IMG/VR virus record: IMGVR_UViG_3300045974_000760
Location: 1 to 64,000 of that record
Length of the DNA stretch: 64,000 bases
Origin: a virus
Reading direction: 5' to 3' (one strand)
Part shown: piece after piece, positions 39,201 through 46,883 of the stretch
Position numbering within the stretch: position 1 is the first letter of the stretch
Layout: each line of letters starts with the position of its first letter
Made by a program: the position numbers and the translations under genes
The notes under the pieces: generated by a model
Told to the model about the DNA's origin: nothing
Databases searched by the model: none
The model's input: only the letters and a program-made list of their open reading frames with translations

Positions 39201-39600
39201 TGAGCAGACGCTCGCACAGGCGCTCCAGCGCCACATGGGACTTCAGTCACTCGACCTCACCCTCGAGGATGCCCAGCTCTGTGTACGTGGTCGCGTAGCC
39301 CCTGAGCACCAGAACATCTGGCGCTCGGCCGCTGTGTCTCTCGTCATGCGCGGGTACCAAGACCAGTGGTCTCTCGATGTGTCGAAGTCACTCTGTGTCG
39401 TGCCCGTCGGGGACCACCCCGAGGTACGCGCCGTGTGGCGCATCGTCCTCACACCTTCAGCGGGTGCTACCGAGATACCTCTCGATGCGTTCTACATGTT
39501 CATCACGAGCCTGCCTCCCGTCACGGCGGCTACGGACGATCGCATCCCCATGGGCTCGCTTGCGCGCCTCCTCCCTACTGGCCTCACGCCAACGATGTGA
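39193..39600 (+). CDS. Hypothetical protein
   Basis: GGAG then GTG. Confidence 0.5.
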   Translation: MSNEQTLAQALQRHMGLQSLDLTLEDAQLCVRGRVAPEHQNIWRSAAVSLVMRGYQDQWSLDVSKSLCVVPVGDHPEVRAVWRIVLTPSAGATEIPLDAFYMFITSLPPVTAATDDRIPMGSLARLLPTGLTPTM

Positions 39601-39603
39601 CCC

Positions 39604-40296
39604 ATGTCCACCCTACCTCGCGCCATCGGTAACACACCGCTCTACGAAGCCGAGCGCCGCGCGCTCACATCAGCAGAGCAAGAGACGGTCAATCGACGCA
39701 TCGAAGCGTTCCGCATCCTCATGCAACGGCCTCCCATGGCCGGCTACCGCCTCGAGGTGCAGTTCAACTCCAACTACCGCAGTCAGGCACAAGCCCTCTC
39801 CGGTGACCCGCTCATCCAAGGTGTCGTGTCCTTCTGGCGCAACGCTACAGACACGGGACGTGGTGAGGAGAAGGTCTACGAGTGCCCGGGCAAGTTCTTG
39901 AAGCGCAGCAGCTGCGACAAGCTCATCCCCATGCTCGGCCACGGCTTCGGTGTTGTGGTGTGCCCGCACTGCGGTACCAAGTGGAAGCCCGAGCAAGTCA
40001 CCGGTGAGGTGCTGCACAACCGCACACGCCGCGGTTGGGCTGATGTCCTCTACCACTACATGACGAAGATGGACGGCGACGCGGACATCGTGCTCAAGCA
40101 CCCGACGGAGTCAGACATCCGTACGGCCACTGCACGTGAGCGCGACCACGACCGCGGCGGTGAAGTACTACGAGCAGCTCGAGAGAAGCGAAATGCGCCT
40201 GACCGCATTGTGCGGTACCAGCTCAAGAACTTCATCAAGGATGTGGGCGCTGGCGCTGACCCGCTCGAGAGGCTCTACGCGTTCGTCAGCGCGTAG
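39604..40296 (+). CDS. Zn-ribbon-containing hypothetical protein
   Basis: YECP...CDK...VCPHCG. Confidence 0.6.
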   Translation: MSTLPRAIGNTPLYEAERRALTSAEQETVNRRIEAFRILMQRPPMAGYRLEVQFNSNYRSQAQALSGDPLIQGVVSFWRNATDTGRGEEKVYECPGKFLKRSSCDKLIPMLGHGFGVVVCPHCGTKWKPEQVTGEVLHNRTRRGWADVLYHYMTKMDGDADIVLKHPTESDIRTATARERDHDRGGEVLRAAREKRNAPDRIVRYQLKNFIKDVGAGADPLERLYAFVSA

Positions 40297-40313
40297 TGTG
40301 CTACTTCCTGCAC

Positions 40314-40577
40314 ATGCACCCTGACTACATCCGCGCGCTGCAGAAGAAGCGAACCTGGGAAGCTCTCGTGAGGCACCTGCGGGAGATCTACCTTCCGCAG
40401 CCGGGCTCGTCAGAGCCCCAAGAGCTCACCTCGGATGAGCTGCCCGGCAATCACAACCCCGTACCCCAAGACGTCCTGCTGGAAGTACTGAGCACACTGG
40501 AGACACATGCCTACGCCGAAGAACAAGAAGCGCACACCTTCCAAATGGTCCGGGCTCCCAAAGGACAAGGTTCCTGA
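40314..40577 (+). CDS. Hypothetical protein
   Basis: ATG 6 nt after TGCTACTTC. Confidence 0.45.
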   Translation: MHPDYIRALQKKRTWEALVRHLREIYLPQPGSSEPQELTSDELPGNHNPVPQDVLLEVLSTLETHAYAEEQEAHTFQMVRAPKGQGS

Positions 40578-41160
40578 AGACACACTTCAGACCGTTCTCG
40601 GGCTTCTGAAGCAACAGGCAGCGCGCATCGATGAGATTGGCACTGCGTTCAATCAGAACGCCGGCGCCTACTACGAGGGGTACCAGATGACGGAGATGTG
40701 GTCCGTCATCCAACGGCGCGTGCTCAGCGACATGTTGCGCGGCGAGGTCTACACCGTCGAGGTCGAGTACGCGCTGCCCCTGCGTCCGACAGACCTGCTG
40801 GACCAAGCGATGCACCCGTGTGTTGACTGGCAGAAGTACAAGGAGGACTACATCGCGATGATTGGGCTCATCGCAGCGCTCGATAACCTCAAGCACGTCT
40901 TCTACGGCTCGCAGGTGAAGTTGGCCACCGAAGCCGATTTGCGTGTGATTGAGTTCGGCGGGGATGTACCCTTAGTCATGGCCGCCCCCCTCACTCCCCC
41001 GGTTCGAGATGTACGTGGTCGCTTGCGCGAGCAGGCACAAGGCGGTCCTGCCCGCATCATCTGCCCCAACTGCAAAGGTGTGGCGGTTCCCATCGCCCCA
41101 GGTAGCACCGAGTACACCTGTACCACATGCGGCAACGGCTTTCGCTCAAAGCCGTTCTGA
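40507..41160 (+). CDS. Hypothetical protein with C-terminal Zn ribbon
   Basis: GGAG RBS; CPNC...CTTC. Confidence 0.55.
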   Translation: MPTPKNKKRTPSKWSGLPKDKVPEDTLQTVLGLLKQQAARIDEIGTAFNQNAGAYYEGYQMTEMWSVIQRRVLSDMLRGEVYTVEVEYALPLRPTDLLDQAMHPCVDWQKYKEDYIAMIGLIAALDNLKHVFYGSQVKLATEADLRVIEFGGDVPLVMAAPLTPPVRDVRGRLREQAQGGPARIICPNCKGVAVPIAPGSTEYTCTTCGNGFRSKPF

Positions 41161-41166
41161 AGACAC

Positions 41167-41201
41167 GGGGCTAAGAAAAAGGAGCCCGGGGGGAGCTCCT
41201 T
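41167..41201 (-). terminator. Cassette-end element: hairpin + TTTTTCTTAGCCCC
   Basis: AAGGAGC/GCTCCTT stem, then T-tract and the conserved TAGCCCC on the minus strand. Confidence 0.7.
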
Positions 41202-41205
41202 CTTC

Positions 41206-41880
41206 TCATGGTGCGAGGCAGGTGACGTTCGCGCCAGCACCTGATACCGGAATGCCATTGCCGTCGTAGTCGACGAACGTGCACATCCAGCCCTGCACCC
41301 CGCTGCTGCCGGCAGGGCCAAACGATGTAATGCGCCTCGTCGATCCGTTGGCGTAGGTGAATGCGCAGCCTCCCGTCAACGCGATATCACCGGGGTCGCA
41401 CAGCGCGGTTATTATCGTCATCGCGTTCCGCGGCAACACCTGATTCACGGCGCTGCGTAGGTACGTCTGCGACGTCGACAAAGTGCCCGCCGGACCGACA
41501 GGACCAACTGCGCCTGTTGGCCCCGCTACGCCCGCAGGGCCTGCAGGCCCTTGTGCGCCCTGCGGGCCTTGTGCACCTGGGGAGCCCGGCGTTCCTTGCG
41601 CGCCCGTCTGCCCTGTTGGCCCCTGCACGCCTTGAGGGCCTGCTGCGCCGGGCTCCCCCGCAATACCTTGAGGCCCCGCAGGCCCCAGAGCTCCAACCGG
41701 GCCCTGGTCACCCTTCACACCCGGCTCGCCCTGTGGCCCTGCCGCGCCAGCAGGTCCGGTTGACCCAGGTGTACCTGGAACGCCAGCATCGCCCACGAGA
41801 CCGTTGGCTCCGGGATCTCCTGCATCACCGCCGCCACAACCAACCGCAAACATCATTGCTACAACGAATAGATACCTCAT
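41206..41880 (-). CDS. Collagen-like lipoprotein
   Basis: Signal peptide with lipobox FAVG-C; about 39 uninterrupted Gly-X-Y triplets; Cys-containing C-terminal domain. Confidence 0.8.
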   Translation of the reverse strand: MRYLFVVAMMFAVGCGGGDAGDPGANGLVGDAGVPGTPGSTGPAGAAGPQGEPGVKGDQGPVGALGPAGPQGIAGEPGAAGPQGVQGPTGQTGAQGTPGSPGAQGPQGAQGPAGPAGVAGPTGAVGPVGPAGTLSTSQTYLRSAVNQVLPRNAMTIITALCDPGDIALTGGCAFTYANGSTRRITSFGPAGSSGVQGWMCTFVDYDGNGIPVSGAGANVTCLAP

Positions 41881-42155
41881 CGCGCTTCCTCTTTCTCGAT
41901 GGCGAGCGCCACCGTTTTGATCGCCTCAGCCGGGGGAATGCCGGCGGCGGTTAGCCGCGTGTACATTTGGCCCGCGTCGAAACCCTTCGCGGACTCCGCA
42001 GGCCATTCGACTTCTACAACTTCACTTGACGTGCGCTCTACGCGCACTCGAGCGTTACCCTGTTGCGGCGGGGCGGGATGGGAGCCGCTACTGCCCCCCT
42101 TGTTTCCCCCCACCGCGTACAACCCAAGCCCAACAAGAAGTGGGAGTAGGAACAT
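41877..42155 (-). CDS. Small membrane-anchored protein
   Basis: AAGGAG RBS; hydrophobic N-terminus; ATGA coupling to the collagen gene. Confidence 0.6.
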   Translation of the reverse strand: MFLLPLLVGLGLYAVGGNKGGSSGSHPAPPQQGNARVRVERTSSEVVEVEWPAESAKGFDAGQMYTRLTAAGIPPAEAIKTVALAIEKEEAR

Positions 42156-42169
42156 GGTTTTTTTCTCCT

Positions 42170-42188
42170 TCAAGTTCCTTATCCCCGG
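42170..42188 (-). promoter_or_regulatory. Conserved promoter-like motif CCGGGGATAAG-GAAC-TTGA
   Basis: One of 9 copies of CGG(G)NATAAG-N4-YTGA, all upstream of co-oriented genes. Confidence 0.7.
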
Positions 42189-42202
42189 TTCCCCCTACCG
42201 AT

Positions 42203-42637
42203 TCAGGGCCGGCAAAGCACGTAGCTCATCGGCGTCAACGCCTCGAGCCTGAAGCCCGCGCCCTTGTACAGCTTCACCGCAGTCTCGTTGCTCTTCTCTA
42301 CCTCGAGCTGAACACTCTGCGCGCCCAGCTTCTCGGCCTCGTCGATGAGCTCGCCAATCACCGCCTTGCCATAGCCTCTGCCCCGCAAGAACGGCATGAT
42401 GCCCAAGTACAGGATATCGAAGATCTCCTCCTTCCAGCTCACAACCGCGTAGCCCACAGGAGTACCCCCAGGCCCCGTCAATGCGAGGTACAACCTCCCC
42501 GAGCCGTTGCCGAGGTGATGCTCAAGCGTCGGGACGTTCAACATCGTGCCGGGAAGGACTGACTCATTCCACGCAACGATGTAATCGAGAAGCCCGGGGG
42601 TTGTCTGCTCTACCAACTGGATGTACACGTTGTGCAT
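42203..42637 (-). CDS. GNAT (RimI-like) N-acetyltransferase
   Basis: LGIMPFLRGRGYGKAVI; LEVEKSNETAVKLYKGAGF; GGAG RBS. Confidence 0.88.
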   Translation of the reverse strand: MHNVYIQLVEQTTPGLLDYIVAWNESVLPGTMLNVPTLEHHLGNGSGRLYLALTGPGGTPVGYAVVSWKEEIFDILYLGIMPFLRGRGYGKAVIGELIDEAEKLGAQSVQLEVEKSNETAVKLYKGAGFRLEALTPMSYVLCRP

Positions 42638-42818
42638 GGTCTCAGTCTCCGTTGACACGTCTGATGGCGCCCCCACTGTAGAACAACAAGTCGATGCCGA
42701 CATCCAAGCATTCGAGGAATGGACTCAGGAGAAGCTCCAGTTCGAAAAGCTGACGAAGGCAGAGTGGGCAATCATCAAGACCTTCTGCGCTTTCAAGCTC
42801 GGTGTCGCAAAGGTGTAG
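42636..42818 (+). CDS. Small helical protein divergent from the GNAT gene
   Basis: DIQAFEEWTQEKLQFEKLTKAEWAIIKTF; start shares CATG with the GNAT start. Confidence 0.5.
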   Translation: MVSVSVDTSDGAPTVEQQVDADIQAFEEWTQEKLQFEKLTKAEWAIIKTFCAFKLGVAKV

Positions 42819-42850
42819 CTAAGAAAAGCGAGTACTACCTGCTTCTCTTC
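42817..42850 (-). terminator. Cassette-end element (CTTTTCTTAGCT)
   Basis: Imperfect stem plus conserved motif after gene 42853-43185. Confidence 0.55.
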
Positions 42851-42852
42851 TT

Positions 42853-43185
42853 TCACACGTCCCAGATTGCGCCCCTCCGCGCTCGCTCCGCGAGGAGCGC
42901 GTCGTGCCGCTCCTGGATCTTCGCCGCGAACGGCACGTCGGAGTAGGGGGAGCACACGCCCGTCTCCTGCGCGAGCTTCTGGTGCGCCACCAAGAGGAGC
43001 CAGAGGTGCACATGCACCAGCTGGCTCTTCCCGCTCGCCCACGGGTGCAGCGTTACGCACACTTCGTGTTCTTCGGTCATCTCCGATACGACCAACCCCA
43101 TCCGGTGCGCGGTGCCGTCTGGACCACAGAAGATCGCTGCACACTGAACCAAAAACCCGAGGTCTACATTGTCCATGCTCGTCAT
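42853..43185 (-). CDS. Hypothetical cassette protein
   Basis: Flanked by the promoter and end motifs; GAAAGG RBS. Confidence 0.6.
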   Translation of the reverse strand: MTSMDNVDLGFLVQCAAIFCGPDGTAHRMGLVVSEMTEEHEVCVTLHPWASGKSQLVHVHLWLLLVAHQKLAQETGVCSPYSDVPFAAKIQERHDALLAERARRGAIWDV

Positions 43186-43215
43186 GTTTCGTGCCTTTCA
43201 GGAAGGAAGGGTCCT

Positions 43216-43233
43216 TCAGTATTCTTATGCCGG
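43216..43233 (-). promoter_or_regulatory. Conserved motif CCGGCATAAG-AATA-CTGA
   Basis: Repeat family member. Confidence 0.7.
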
Positions 43234-43260
43234 TTTACCCCCTCGGATTTAGGGTAAACA

Positions 43261-43299
43261 GGGGCTAAGAAAGGCGCGTACTGGCCCCCTCCTTTCTTA
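43261..43299 (-). terminator. Cassette-end element (CCTTTCTTAGCCCC)
   Basis: TAAGAAAGG/CCTTTCTTA stem overlapping the stop codon. Confidence 0.6.
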
Positions 43300-43728
43300 C
43301 ATACGTAGCCGTCTCGCCAGGCCGAAGAAGCCCCGGGGCACAGGGCGGTCGAACTCGCCCTTCGCGCTGAACCCGATGGCGGTCACCGTCTCATCGTCGG
43401 GCCACAGCAAGACGACCTGCGGACCCTTGCTGGGGTTGAGCCGTATCGCCCGCTTGATGGCGAGGATGTACAACTCCCCCCGCCACAGGGGGCGCAGCAT
43501 CAGACTTACGCCCGGGCACGCGGCGTAGTCCGCCTCGGCATTCTCGACCTCTTCCTCCTCTGTCCAGGCCGTATCATTACCCCCTGGACCAAAGACCCCC
43601 TTCGCTCCCACAACCAGGGTCGGGGTCGTCTCATCCAGGACACCGCCGCGAAGGGCGTCCCGGATACGTACCTTGCGCTGTCCCCAATCGGCACCAACGG
43701 CCCGTGCGGCTACCTCGTCTGCGCGCAT
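43297..43728 (-). CDS. Hypothetical cassette protein
   Basis: AAGGAGG RBS before MRADEVAA. Confidence 0.6.
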   Translation of the reverse strand: MRADEVAARAVGADWGQRKVRIRDALRGGVLDETTPTLVVGAKGVFGPGGNDTAWTEEEEVENAEADYAACPGVSLMLRPLWRGELYILAIKRAIRLNPSKGPQVVLLWPDDETVTAIGFSAKGEFDRPVPRGFFGLARRLRM

Positions 43729-43883
43729 GTTGCCCTCCTTGTTGCCTCGAGGACGCGTTGCTGGTGGTCGTAGCCCACCTCGCGCACTCGCCACCAAGTA
43801 CCCGCATCCCGCCCTACCTGCTCCGCGAACATCCGCTCAAGCAAGGCCCACTCGAATCTCTCGGACTCCCACATCTGTGGCAT
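43710..43883 (-). CDS. 57-aa small protein MPQMWESERF..., missing from the ORF track
   Basis: Translated by hand; GGGAG RBS; directly after the promoter motif. Confidence 0.5.
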   Translation of the reverse strand: MPQMWESERFEWALLERMFAEQVGRDAGTWWRVREVGYDHQQRVLEATRRATCAQTR

Positions 43884-43895
43884 GGCATTCTCCCT

Positions 43896-43913
43896 TCGGC
43901 TTTCTTATCCCCG
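43896..43913 (-). promoter_or_regulatory. Conserved motif CGGGGATAAG-AAAG-CCGA
   Basis: Repeat family member. Confidence 0.65.
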
Positions 43914-43952
43914 AGAAGCCTCACAGATTGTGGAAGGTACATCCCCAGACAT

Positions 43953-43999
43953 AGGGCTAGAAAAGAAGGGGAGCCTGCGCATCGCTACCCTTACTTTTC
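43953..43999 (-). terminator. Cassette-end element (CTTTTCTAGCCCT)
   Basis: Imperfect hairpin plus motif downstream of 44031. Confidence 0.55.
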
Positions 44000-44030
44000 C
44001 GTCTAAGCCGCCCGCCCGTCGGCGGACAGC

Positions 44031-44429
44031 TCAGACAAGACCGCGGCTGACCCCATCGATCAGCGCCACTTCGAGCCCGGCCGTTGCCGCGGCTGCCTCT
44101 ACCGCTGCCGCTGCGAGGGCGCTCCGGCGCCTGACCCAGTAGATCACGCCTCCGACCACGAGCACCGTGGCGACCGACCCGGCGGTGAGCGCAATCCAGT
44201 TGCGCTTACCAAACGCAAGGACCCCGTGGTCCTTGTTCCAGGCTGCAATCAGGCCTTTGATAGCCTCTTTGGCCTCCGGCGTGTTCTTGCCCACCTCCTT
44301 CTCGATGCGTTCGACGGCGTCCTTCATGGACACCTTCTCCGCGTCGACAGGTACTTCGCCCGGTGCAACTGCCGGGGCTGAGGTTGCGTTTGAAACGTTG
44401 ACTGCGGATGCTGCTGCGGGCGTGGTCAT
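44031..44429 (-). CDS. Single-pass membrane protein
   Basis: GGAG RBS; TM segment WIALTAGSVATVLVVGGVIYWV followed by RRR. Confidence 0.65.
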   Translation of the reverse strand: MTTPAAASAVNVSNATSAPAVAPGEVPVDAEKVSMKDAVERIEKEVGKNTPEAKEAIKGLIAAWNKDHGVLAFGKRNWIALTAGSVATVLVVGGVIYWVRRRSALAAAAVEAAAATAGLEVALIDGVSRGLV

Positions 44430-44460
44430 TGAAAACTCCAAAGCGGGGGGTTGTGGCCGC

Positions 44461-44520
44461 TCAGTAATCTTATACCCGGATTTGATGGTATTTTTAGCCC
44501 CTGCGCGCCTCCGGGTATAA
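44461..44520. promoter_or_regulatory. Back-to-back promoter motifs forming an 11-bp inverted repeat around a TTTTTAGCCCC element
   Basis: TTATACCCGGA (44470-44480) / TCCGGGTATAA (44510-44520); the minus copy reads CCGGGTATAAG-ATTA-CTGA. Confidence 0.65.
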
Positions 44521-44524
44521 CGGC

Positions 44525-44605
44525 GCGCTGGGACGTAGGGGTACTCTGCCAGTACGATGAGATTGCTCATTCGTACTGATGTACCCCCCAATACGGGGGA
44601 CTACA
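44525..44605 (+). ncRNA. Candidate structured small RNA (or long terminator)
   Basis: Nested stems GGGGTAC/GTACCCC, CAGTACGA/TCGTACTG and TGAG/CTCA downstream of an ORF-less promoter motif. Confidence 0.35.
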
Positions 44606-44606
44606 A

Positions 44607-44852
44607 CTACAACTTGTCGTTGTAGTCGTGCCCCTTGATCCTGGCACCCGGGACGGGCCCTTTAGCGGGCTCCTCGACCGGGTTCCGGGCTGCCAGGACC
44701 ACGTCCTGGTAATCCGCACGGTCACACTCGTAGGTGACCGTGTACTGCGCCTTCCCACGAAGGCGGAGGATTTCCGCCTCCGCCCACTCGTTGTACCTCT
44801 TAGCTCCGTAGCCAATGAGGTCCACGAGCAGACCGCCACCGAATCCCAGCAT
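44607..44852 (-). CDS. Small hypothetical cassette protein
   Basis: AAAGGT RBS; promoter motif upstream. Confidence 0.55.
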   Translation of the reverse strand: MLGFGGGLLVDLIGYGAKRYNEWAEAEILRLRGKAQYTVTYECDRADYQDVVLAARNPVEEPAKGPVPGARIKGHDYNDKL

Positions 44853-44887
44853 GGTGTGACCTTTCTGAGAGGGGTAAATGAGGGCTC

Positions 44888-44905
44888 TCAGTACTCTTAT
44901 TCCGG
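44888..44905 (-). promoter_or_regulatory. Conserved motif CCGGAATAAG-AGTA-CTGA
   Basis: Repeat family member. Confidence 0.7.
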
Positions 44906-44952
44906 TTTTGGTCCTCTAAATACCCCCTTTGGGGCAGGAATGTGGAAGGTAC

Positions 44953-44998
44953 AAATGGGGGCAAAAGGGGCCTAAAACGCCTAAAATGGGGGGTAAAA
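44953..44998. repeat. Five helically phased A-tracts (curved DNA)
   Basis: A3-A4 runs start at 44953, 44963, 44974, 44983 and 44995 (mean spacing 10.5 bp). Confidence 0.6.
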
Positions 44999-45017
44999 CC
45001 CGGTATAAGTATATTGA
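44999..45017 (+). promoter_or_regulatory. Conserved motif CCCGGTATAAG-TATA-TTGA; the last A is the A of the ATG
   Basis: Repeat family member. Confidence 0.72.
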
Positions 45018-45499
45018 TGACACCCTCTACCAACGACGTTGTGCGTAACAATGCAGTGAACCCTGTTATCAAGTCGGACGACTTGACGACGGAAGAAAGG
45101 GAAATGATTCGACAGAAGCGGTTGCAGGAATCGGAAAAGGCAAAGGCGGTTGAATTCTACCTGCAGATCAAGCGGCTGGAAGAACAGATGGGGCTCTCCA
45201 TCAAGACGACAAGCTGCGATGCGCGGTTGATCAAAGACCCGCAGCTGAAAGCCACAAGGCTGGAAGCCGAGCACCAGGCACAGGTCGACTCGCTAAAGGC
45301 CCAGCTAGCGCAAGTGCGCGCGCTCAGCGAACAGCGTGCAGCTGCGGCTTCGTTGTTGGCGCTGGCGGGTGGCCTGATGTACGGGGCCCTCATCGGTAAG
45401 GCAGCAGGGCAGGTGACCGGCGCACAGGAAGGCGTCGAAGCGGCGATCAAGGCAGCGGGCCCATTGGGCAAGCTGCTTCGGCGCCGGTTGGAAAAGTAG
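45017..45499 (+). CDS. Coiled-coil protein with C-terminal hydrophobic Gly-rich segment
   Basis: Likely leaderless start; AASLLALAGGLMYGALIG. Confidence 0.6.
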   Translation: MTPSTNDVVRNNAVNPVIKSDDLTTEEREMIRQKRLQESEKAKAVEFYLQIKRLEEQMGLSIKTTSCDARLIKDPQLKATRLEAEHQAQVDSLKAQLAQVRALSEQRAAAASLLALAGGLMYGALIGKAAGQVTGAQEGVEAAIKAAGPLGKLLRRRLEK

Positions 45500-45510
45500 T
45501 AAGAAGTAGG

Positions 45511-45536
45511 ACCGGATGACCCCGGTTTTTTTAGCC
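45511..45536 (+). terminator. Cassette-end element: ACCGG/CCGGT hairpin + TTTTTTAGCC
   Basis: Directly after the stop codon at 45499. Confidence 0.65.
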
Positions 45537-45564
45537 TCATGTCTTGTGAACTATTCGCCCATCC

Positions 45565-45582
45565 CCGGGATAAGAGAGCTGG
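45565..45582 (+). promoter_or_regulatory. Conserved motif CCGGGATAAG-AGAG-CTGG
   Basis: Repeat family member. Confidence 0.65.
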
Positions 45583-45617
45583 CCGGACTTCACTGGCCCA
45601 TTGCCGGGGACATTCAA

Positions 45618-46196
45618 ATGCAAGTATTCCAGTTGACCGAGACGGTACGACAAGGCGTGGACGTGGTGTTCGGGGTGTTCGGGGAGACCGACGCAGTACT
45701 GCCTGTCGGGGATGCGGCGGTACCTCTGACCGAAGAGGCGATCCAGACCTTGTTGTGGCGCAACACTTACACCCTGACCGAGGCAGAGCTCGAGACGGCG
45801 GGGGCGCTGACCGCGTACAAGCGGAACCGGACGCCTACCCCATCCGACAAGGAGGCCGTTGTGAAGGTCTCCTTCGCCCCTGGTGAGGGGGGCTTCAGCG
45901 AGGTGACTGAGACCGCGTTCGACCTCGTCGAGAAGGCGGGGCGAATCTACCGGATGTACCACCCCCTCAGTCCGGACTCACGTTGCGTGCGGGTGTTGGC
46001 GAAGGGGGTCCATCGCTCGGGCGGGATGGCGTGGAATGAATACCTTTTGAGGGTCCGCCCATCAGATTCACCGGTCCTGCGTTGTTATAGGACAGGTGAG
46101 ACTGAAGGCGCGCCGCGAGAGGTGGAGTGGGGATGGGACGGTGTCAGGTGGCGCCGCTTCACCATCTCAAAGCCGAGGGCTTGCGTGCGCGGGTAA
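45618..46196 (+). CDS. Hypothetical cassette protein
   Basis: GGGGA RBS before MQVFQLTE. Confidence 0.6.
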   Translation: MQVFQLTETVRQGVDVVFGVFGETDAVLPVGDAAVPLTEEAIQTLLWRNTYTLTEAELETAGALTAYKRNRTPTPSDKEAVVKVSFAPGEGGFSEVTETAFDLVEKAGRIYRMYHPLSPDSRCVRVLAKGVHRSGGMAWNEYLLRVRPSDSPVLRCYRTGETEGAPREVEWGWDGVRWRRFTISKPRACVRG

Positions 46197-46209
46197 ATAC
46201 GTCCCCGTT

Positions 46210-46228
46210 CCGGGGATAAGGCTATTGA
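46210..46228 (+). promoter_or_regulatory. Conserved motif CCGGGGATAAG-GCTA-TTGA; the last A is the A of the ATG
   Basis: Repeat family member. Confidence 0.72.
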
Positions 46229-46842
46229 TGACCACCACTCACTGCGATTCGCCTCGCCCCGAAACCACAACCGCAGCTGGAGAACAGATTGGCATCCCGG
46301 AGAGGGATGACATTACGCCGGCCATCTTTGCGCTCAATCCGCCGTTTTACGCGCTCTTGCATCAGCTACCCTCCGACTCGAAGCGCGCAGGACTCGCGCT
46401 CCTGCTTCTCGAGCCGGCGGTGTCGTACTTCGTCCTGCAGCGGTTCGTAGCGCTCGGCATACTGCGGCTCCTTCGGCCGGAGCTGTTGGGCGCCATCGAC
46501 GAGTACCTCGACTCTCTGTCGCTCGAAGCCGTTGAGGTGCTGACGATGATGACCATGAACACGGTCACCGACTTGTACGAGGCGCTGCCGCGCTGGGGGT
46601 TCGAGAGCCCCATATCTCAGCGGGCGTGGTGCGCACGGAGGCTGGAGCTCGAGTGGTTGGCGGCGATGTTCGATGTCGACACCTCGGAGCTGGATCAGCT
46701 TGCCGAGGGTAAGATGACCCCTGGCTACGGGGACGCGCTCGACGTGTACGAGGAGTCGACACGTCTTGTTGTGCTTGCGGAGTTCGAGTTGGCCGACATG
46801 TTCAAAAGGCCGACTCGCTACTTCTACAACGAGTGCGGCTGA
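46228..46842 (+). CDS. Hypothetical helical cassette protein
   Basis: In-frame ATG at the end of the motif; end element follows. Confidence 0.6.
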   Translation: MTTTHCDSPRPETTTAAGEQIGIPERDDITPAIFALNPPFYALLHQLPSDSKRAGLALLLLEPAVSYFVLQRFVALGILRLLRPELLGAIDEYLDSLSLEAVEVLTMMTMNTVTDLYEALPRWGFESPISQRAWCARRLELEWLAAMFDVDTSELDQLAEGKMTPGYGDALDVYEESTRLVVLAEFELADMFKRPTRYFYNECG

Positions 46843-46847
46843 GCTGA

Positions 46848-46883
46848 GAGAAGTGCGTGCTGCCCCGCACTTTTCTTAGCCCC
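46848..46883 (+). terminator. Cassette-end element: GAGAAGTGCG/CGCACTTTTC hairpin + TTAGCCCC
   Basis: Directly after the stop codon at 46842. Confidence 0.7.

Noticed and set aside
41167-46883. Integron attC array or CRISPR array as the explanation for the repeated motifs
   Set aside because: No GTTRRRY/RYYYAAC cores, no constant-length repeats or spacers, and no integrase or cas gene in the window
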